Below are positions 61,408 through 64,000 of a stretch of 64,000 nt of DNA, one piece after another. A program made the translations under genes and the position numbers. The notes below the pieces were generated by a model. That model was given only the letters and a program-made list of their open reading frames with translations. It was not told where the DNA came from and did no database searches. The stretch lies in the NCBI GenBank assembly GCA_044222185.1, contig JBGANV010000003.1, positions 96,001 through 160,000 of the forward strand, written 5' to 3'. The stretch is from Planctomycetota bacterium (GTDB lineage Bacteria > Planctomycetota > GCA-002687715 > CAIWVZ01). Numbering within the stretch: position 1 is the first letter of the stretch; each line of letters opens with the position of its first letter.

Positions 61408-62091
61408 GTGAAACCGGCCGGCGCACACCGACGTCCGCGCCGTCGCCGCATCGGGCGGACGGCCTCACCGAACGACACCCTCGACCCGAAGCGTGTCGCG
61501 GTGGATGTCCCGCCGGAGCTGGCGGGCGACGCACCGACGCCGGCCGTTGACGTACCGGTCCTGCTCGAGTCCCACATCCCGCGGCTGCGTGCGTTCCTCA
61601 GGTTGCGTGTCGGGCCACTCCTGCGCGCGAAGGAATCGCTCGCCGACATCGTCCAATCGACGTGCCGGGAGATCCTCGAGCACGCCGATCGCTACCGCCA
61701 CGGAGGCGAGCCACATTTCCGGAGCTGGCTCTTCGCGACCGCCACGCGCAAGGTCGTCGACCGCGCCCGGTTCTACAGTGCGGGCAAGCGCCAGATCGCT
61801 CGGGAGGTCCAGCCGCCGCAGCCTGACGAAACGGACGCCGCCCTCTCGGGTTTCTACCAGTCGATCTTCCCCACCCCGAGCCAGGCCGCGATCCGCCGCG
61901 AGGACCTCGTCCGCCTCGAGAGTGCCATCGACCGACTCCCGGACGAACTTCGGGACGTGGTGCTCCTCTCGAGGATCGCCGGGCTGCCACACGGCGAGAT
62001 CGCCGTGCGCCTGGGTCGCCCCGAATCCTCGGTTCGAGTGCTCCTCTTCCGGGCCCTGGCACGGCTTGCCGTCGGACTTCGGCGAAACTGA
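61408..62091 (+). CDS. ECF sigma-70 factor
   Basis: LRAFLRLR...ESLADIVQS...FRSWL; LPDELRDVVLL...GLPHGEIAVRLG....VRVLLFRALARL. Start GTG 61408 or 61501. Confidence 0.88.
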   Translation: MKPAGAHRRPRRRRIGRTASPNDTLDPKRVAVDVPPELAGDAPTPAVDVPVLLESHIPRLRAFLRLRVGPLLRAKESLADIVQSTCREILEHADRYRHGGEPHFRSWLFATATRKVVDRARFYSAGKRQIAREVQPPQPDETDAALSGFYQSIFPTPSQAAIRREDLVRLESAIDRLPDELRDVVLLSRIAGLPHGEIAVRLGRPESSVRVLLFRALARLAVGLRRN

Positions 62092-62378
62092 CCCGCCCCG
62101 ATCCAAAAATTCCGGCGGTCGAGCGCGACTGGCGTTTCCACTGTGGCCCCGATTATCATGCCGCCCTTCTGAACCGGCACCCCACACGCCCAAGACCCTG
62201 CCCCAGACCGTCCCTCTGACCCCCGCAACCGAATCCCCAATCGAGGTTGCCCGCGGGGGTCAGGGTTCCCGCGCCGTCAGGCCGCACCCGCTCGTACGCG
62301 CGTGGTGTCGCCGAGGGGTGCGGGCACCGCACGGCCCTGGCGGCCGAATCCCGTAGCAACCGGAGCGTTCAACGAACC

Positions 62379-64000
62379 ATGCGAAACCACTCTGTCCTCT
62401 CGACCGCATTTGCCCTCGCCGCGACGGCGTCGATCCTCGTCGGTCAATCCACCGGCCCGGACGTCATCGTCGGTGACCTTTCGGGCATCGGCAACTACGG
62501 CACGGCGAACAGCATCGCCGCGTTCTCCGTCGGCACGACCTCCTGCAACATCGGCAACACGCCGCTGAAGTGGATCTCGAACACGAACGAGCACCCGGTC
62601 ATCGGCCAGAACATGTACCGGGTCAAGAACGGCCGCCTCGAGCAGATCGGCATGTCCTGGCTGAAACATGGGTTCACCGCACTTGCGCAGAGCCTCTGCC
62701 AGTCCTGCAACAACCCGGGAACGGGCACGCTCCTCGGCGTCGGCTGCTCCGACCCCTACGTGTCGAGCCTCAACGGAACTCAGTCGGGACTCGGTCCCCG
62801 TTTCGAGGTGAACCCGTTCACGGGCGCCTACAAATACCCGTTCACGAGCCCGGCGATCACCAGCACGGTGATCGATCGACGCCTCCGCGTGAACGTCGCC
62901 GACCTCGACCCGGCGCAGAACGCGGGCGCCCAGTACTTCGTCGAAGGTCAGTACGTCACGCCGGACGATGCGGCAGCCGGGAACAACTTCAACAACGCGT
63001 CGTACCGTCCGTGCAGCATCACGCAGTCGGGCGCCACGACCTACAACGGCACGGTGACGGGTTCGACCGTCCGCATGCAGCCGGCGATCATGGCGTGGGC
63101 CGCCGTGGATCCGACCGTCACGGTCACCACGTACGACATGCCGGGTGACGGCCGCTTCAACATCGCCAAGAAGGTGACGTCCCTCGGTGGCGGAATGACG
63201 CGGTACACCTACGCCGTACACAACCTGAACTGCGATCGCGCGGCGCGCAGCTTCGCCGTCGACGTCACGGGCGCATCGGTGATCACGAACCTCTACTTCC
63301 ACGACGTGCCGTACCACAGCGGCGAGCCGTTCGACGGCACCGACTGGACGGCGACGACCTCGTCCGACTCGGTCCGCTGGGAAACCGTCTCATCGTCGGT
63401 GAACTACAACGCGAACGCGCTCCGCTGGGGCACGACGTACACGTTCGAGTTCGAGACGGACGGAGTCGCCGGCGCCACGGCGATCGAGCCGTTCAAGTGC
63501 TTCAACGACCCGGCGACGGCAGCGCAGGGCGCCTACACGCTCGACACGAACGCCCCGTACACGTTCGTCGACATCTCGGCGATCGGAACGAACGGCCCGA
63601 GCGGCGACAACGTCAGCCTCCTGCTGTCGACGCCGTTCCCGATCCCGTTCTTCAACGGCACGCTCACGACGGTCCGGATCTCGACGAACGGGTACATCAC
63701 GACGAGCGGCCAGTCCGGAACGGTCTCGAACAACGCGACGATCCCGAGCACGTCGAATCCGAACACGGTCATCGCGCCGTTCTGGGATGACCTCACGGCA
63801 ACCGCCGGGGCGATCAAGTACGCCACCGTCGGCACGGCACCGAACCGCCGATTCGTGGTTCATTGGAACGGCGTCACGGTGAACGCCGCCGCCGCGGCGC
63901 CAGAGAGCTTCGAGTGCATCATCGAGGAGAACGGATCGATCTGGTTCACGACTGTTTCCACGAGCACGGGCGGAATCGGCGCCACGCGCGGCATCGAAGA
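62379..64000 (+). CDS. Large secreted protein with a putative lysyl-oxidase-like N-terminal domain and a nidogen-like domain; partial, runs off the right edge
   Basis: Not in the ORF track; translated by hand. MRNHSVLSTAFALAATASILVGQSTGPDVIVGDL...GTTSCNIG...HPVIGQNMYR...EQIGMSWLKHGF...LGVGCSDPY...FPIPFFNG...ISTNGYI...IAPFWDDL; no in-frame stop seen. Confidence 0.88.
   Translation, partial: MRNHSVLSTAFALAATASILVGQSTGPDVIVGDLSGIGNYGTANSIAAFSVGTTSCNIGNTPLKWISNTNEHPVIGQNMYRVKNGRLEQIGMSWLKHGFTALAQSLCQSCNNPGTGTLLGVGCSDPYVSSLNGTQSGLGPRFEVNPFTGAYKYPFTSPAITSTVIDRRLRVNVADLDPAQNAGAQYFVEGQYVTPDDAAAGNNFNNASYRPCSITQSGATTYNGTVTGSTVRMQPAIMAWAAVDPTVTVTTYDMPGDGRFNIAKKVTSLGGGMTRYTYAVHNLNCDRAARSFAVDVTGASVITNLYFHDVPYHSGEPFDGTDWTATTSSDSVRWETVSSSVNYNANALRWGTTYTFEFETDGVAGATAIEPFKCFNDPATAAQGAYTLDTNAPYTFVDISAIGTNGPSGDNVSLLLSTPFPIPFFNGTLTTVRISTNGYITTSGQSGTVSNNATIPSTSNPNTVIAPFWDDLTATAGAIKYATVGTAPNRRFVVHWNGVTVNAAAAAPESFECIIEENGSIWFTTVSTSTGGIGATRGIE

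Overview
High-GC bacterial chromosome segment, most likely from an uncultured Planctomycetota lineage. This is inferred from ECF sigma/Ser-Thr kinase pairing, an FtsZ-less dcw cluster, a Cys-type MurB, futalosine genes and many large secreted beta-rich proteins. About 49 CDSs are supported. They include two back-to-back Opp/Dpp peptide ABC cassettes, gdx, a TMTC-like glycosyltransferase, pyruvate kinase, a stand-alone decaheme MtrC/OmcA-family lipoprotein, ridA-coaD, metG-kinase-mqnB-mqnD, comEC, rplM-rpsI, a remodelled dcw cluster, upp, an accessory block (14x FG-GAP protein, STK-FGE kinase, ECF sigma, beta-helix protein), dnaE, a DEAD-box helicase, a second ECF sigma, and a truncated secreted protein. 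No tRNA, rRNA, CRISPR array or transposase was seen. The strongest leads are: (1) the dcw cluster lacks mraY, murD, murG, murC, ddl, ftsA and ftsZ, three of those slots hold unknown elements, and MurE has a non-canonical GSPR specificity motif; (2) a 123-nt element with a perfect 15-bp inverted repeat sits upstream of the LysM gene; (3) a secreted protein missed by the ORF track has a lysyl-oxidase-like Lys/Tyr motif pair fused to a nidogen-like domain; (4) two unrelated secreted proteins share a C-terminal Q...SNAL domain, a possible sorting signal; (5) a recurrent leaderless-mRNA promoter signature precedes many start codons. All calls come from reading motifs by eye; no searches were run.
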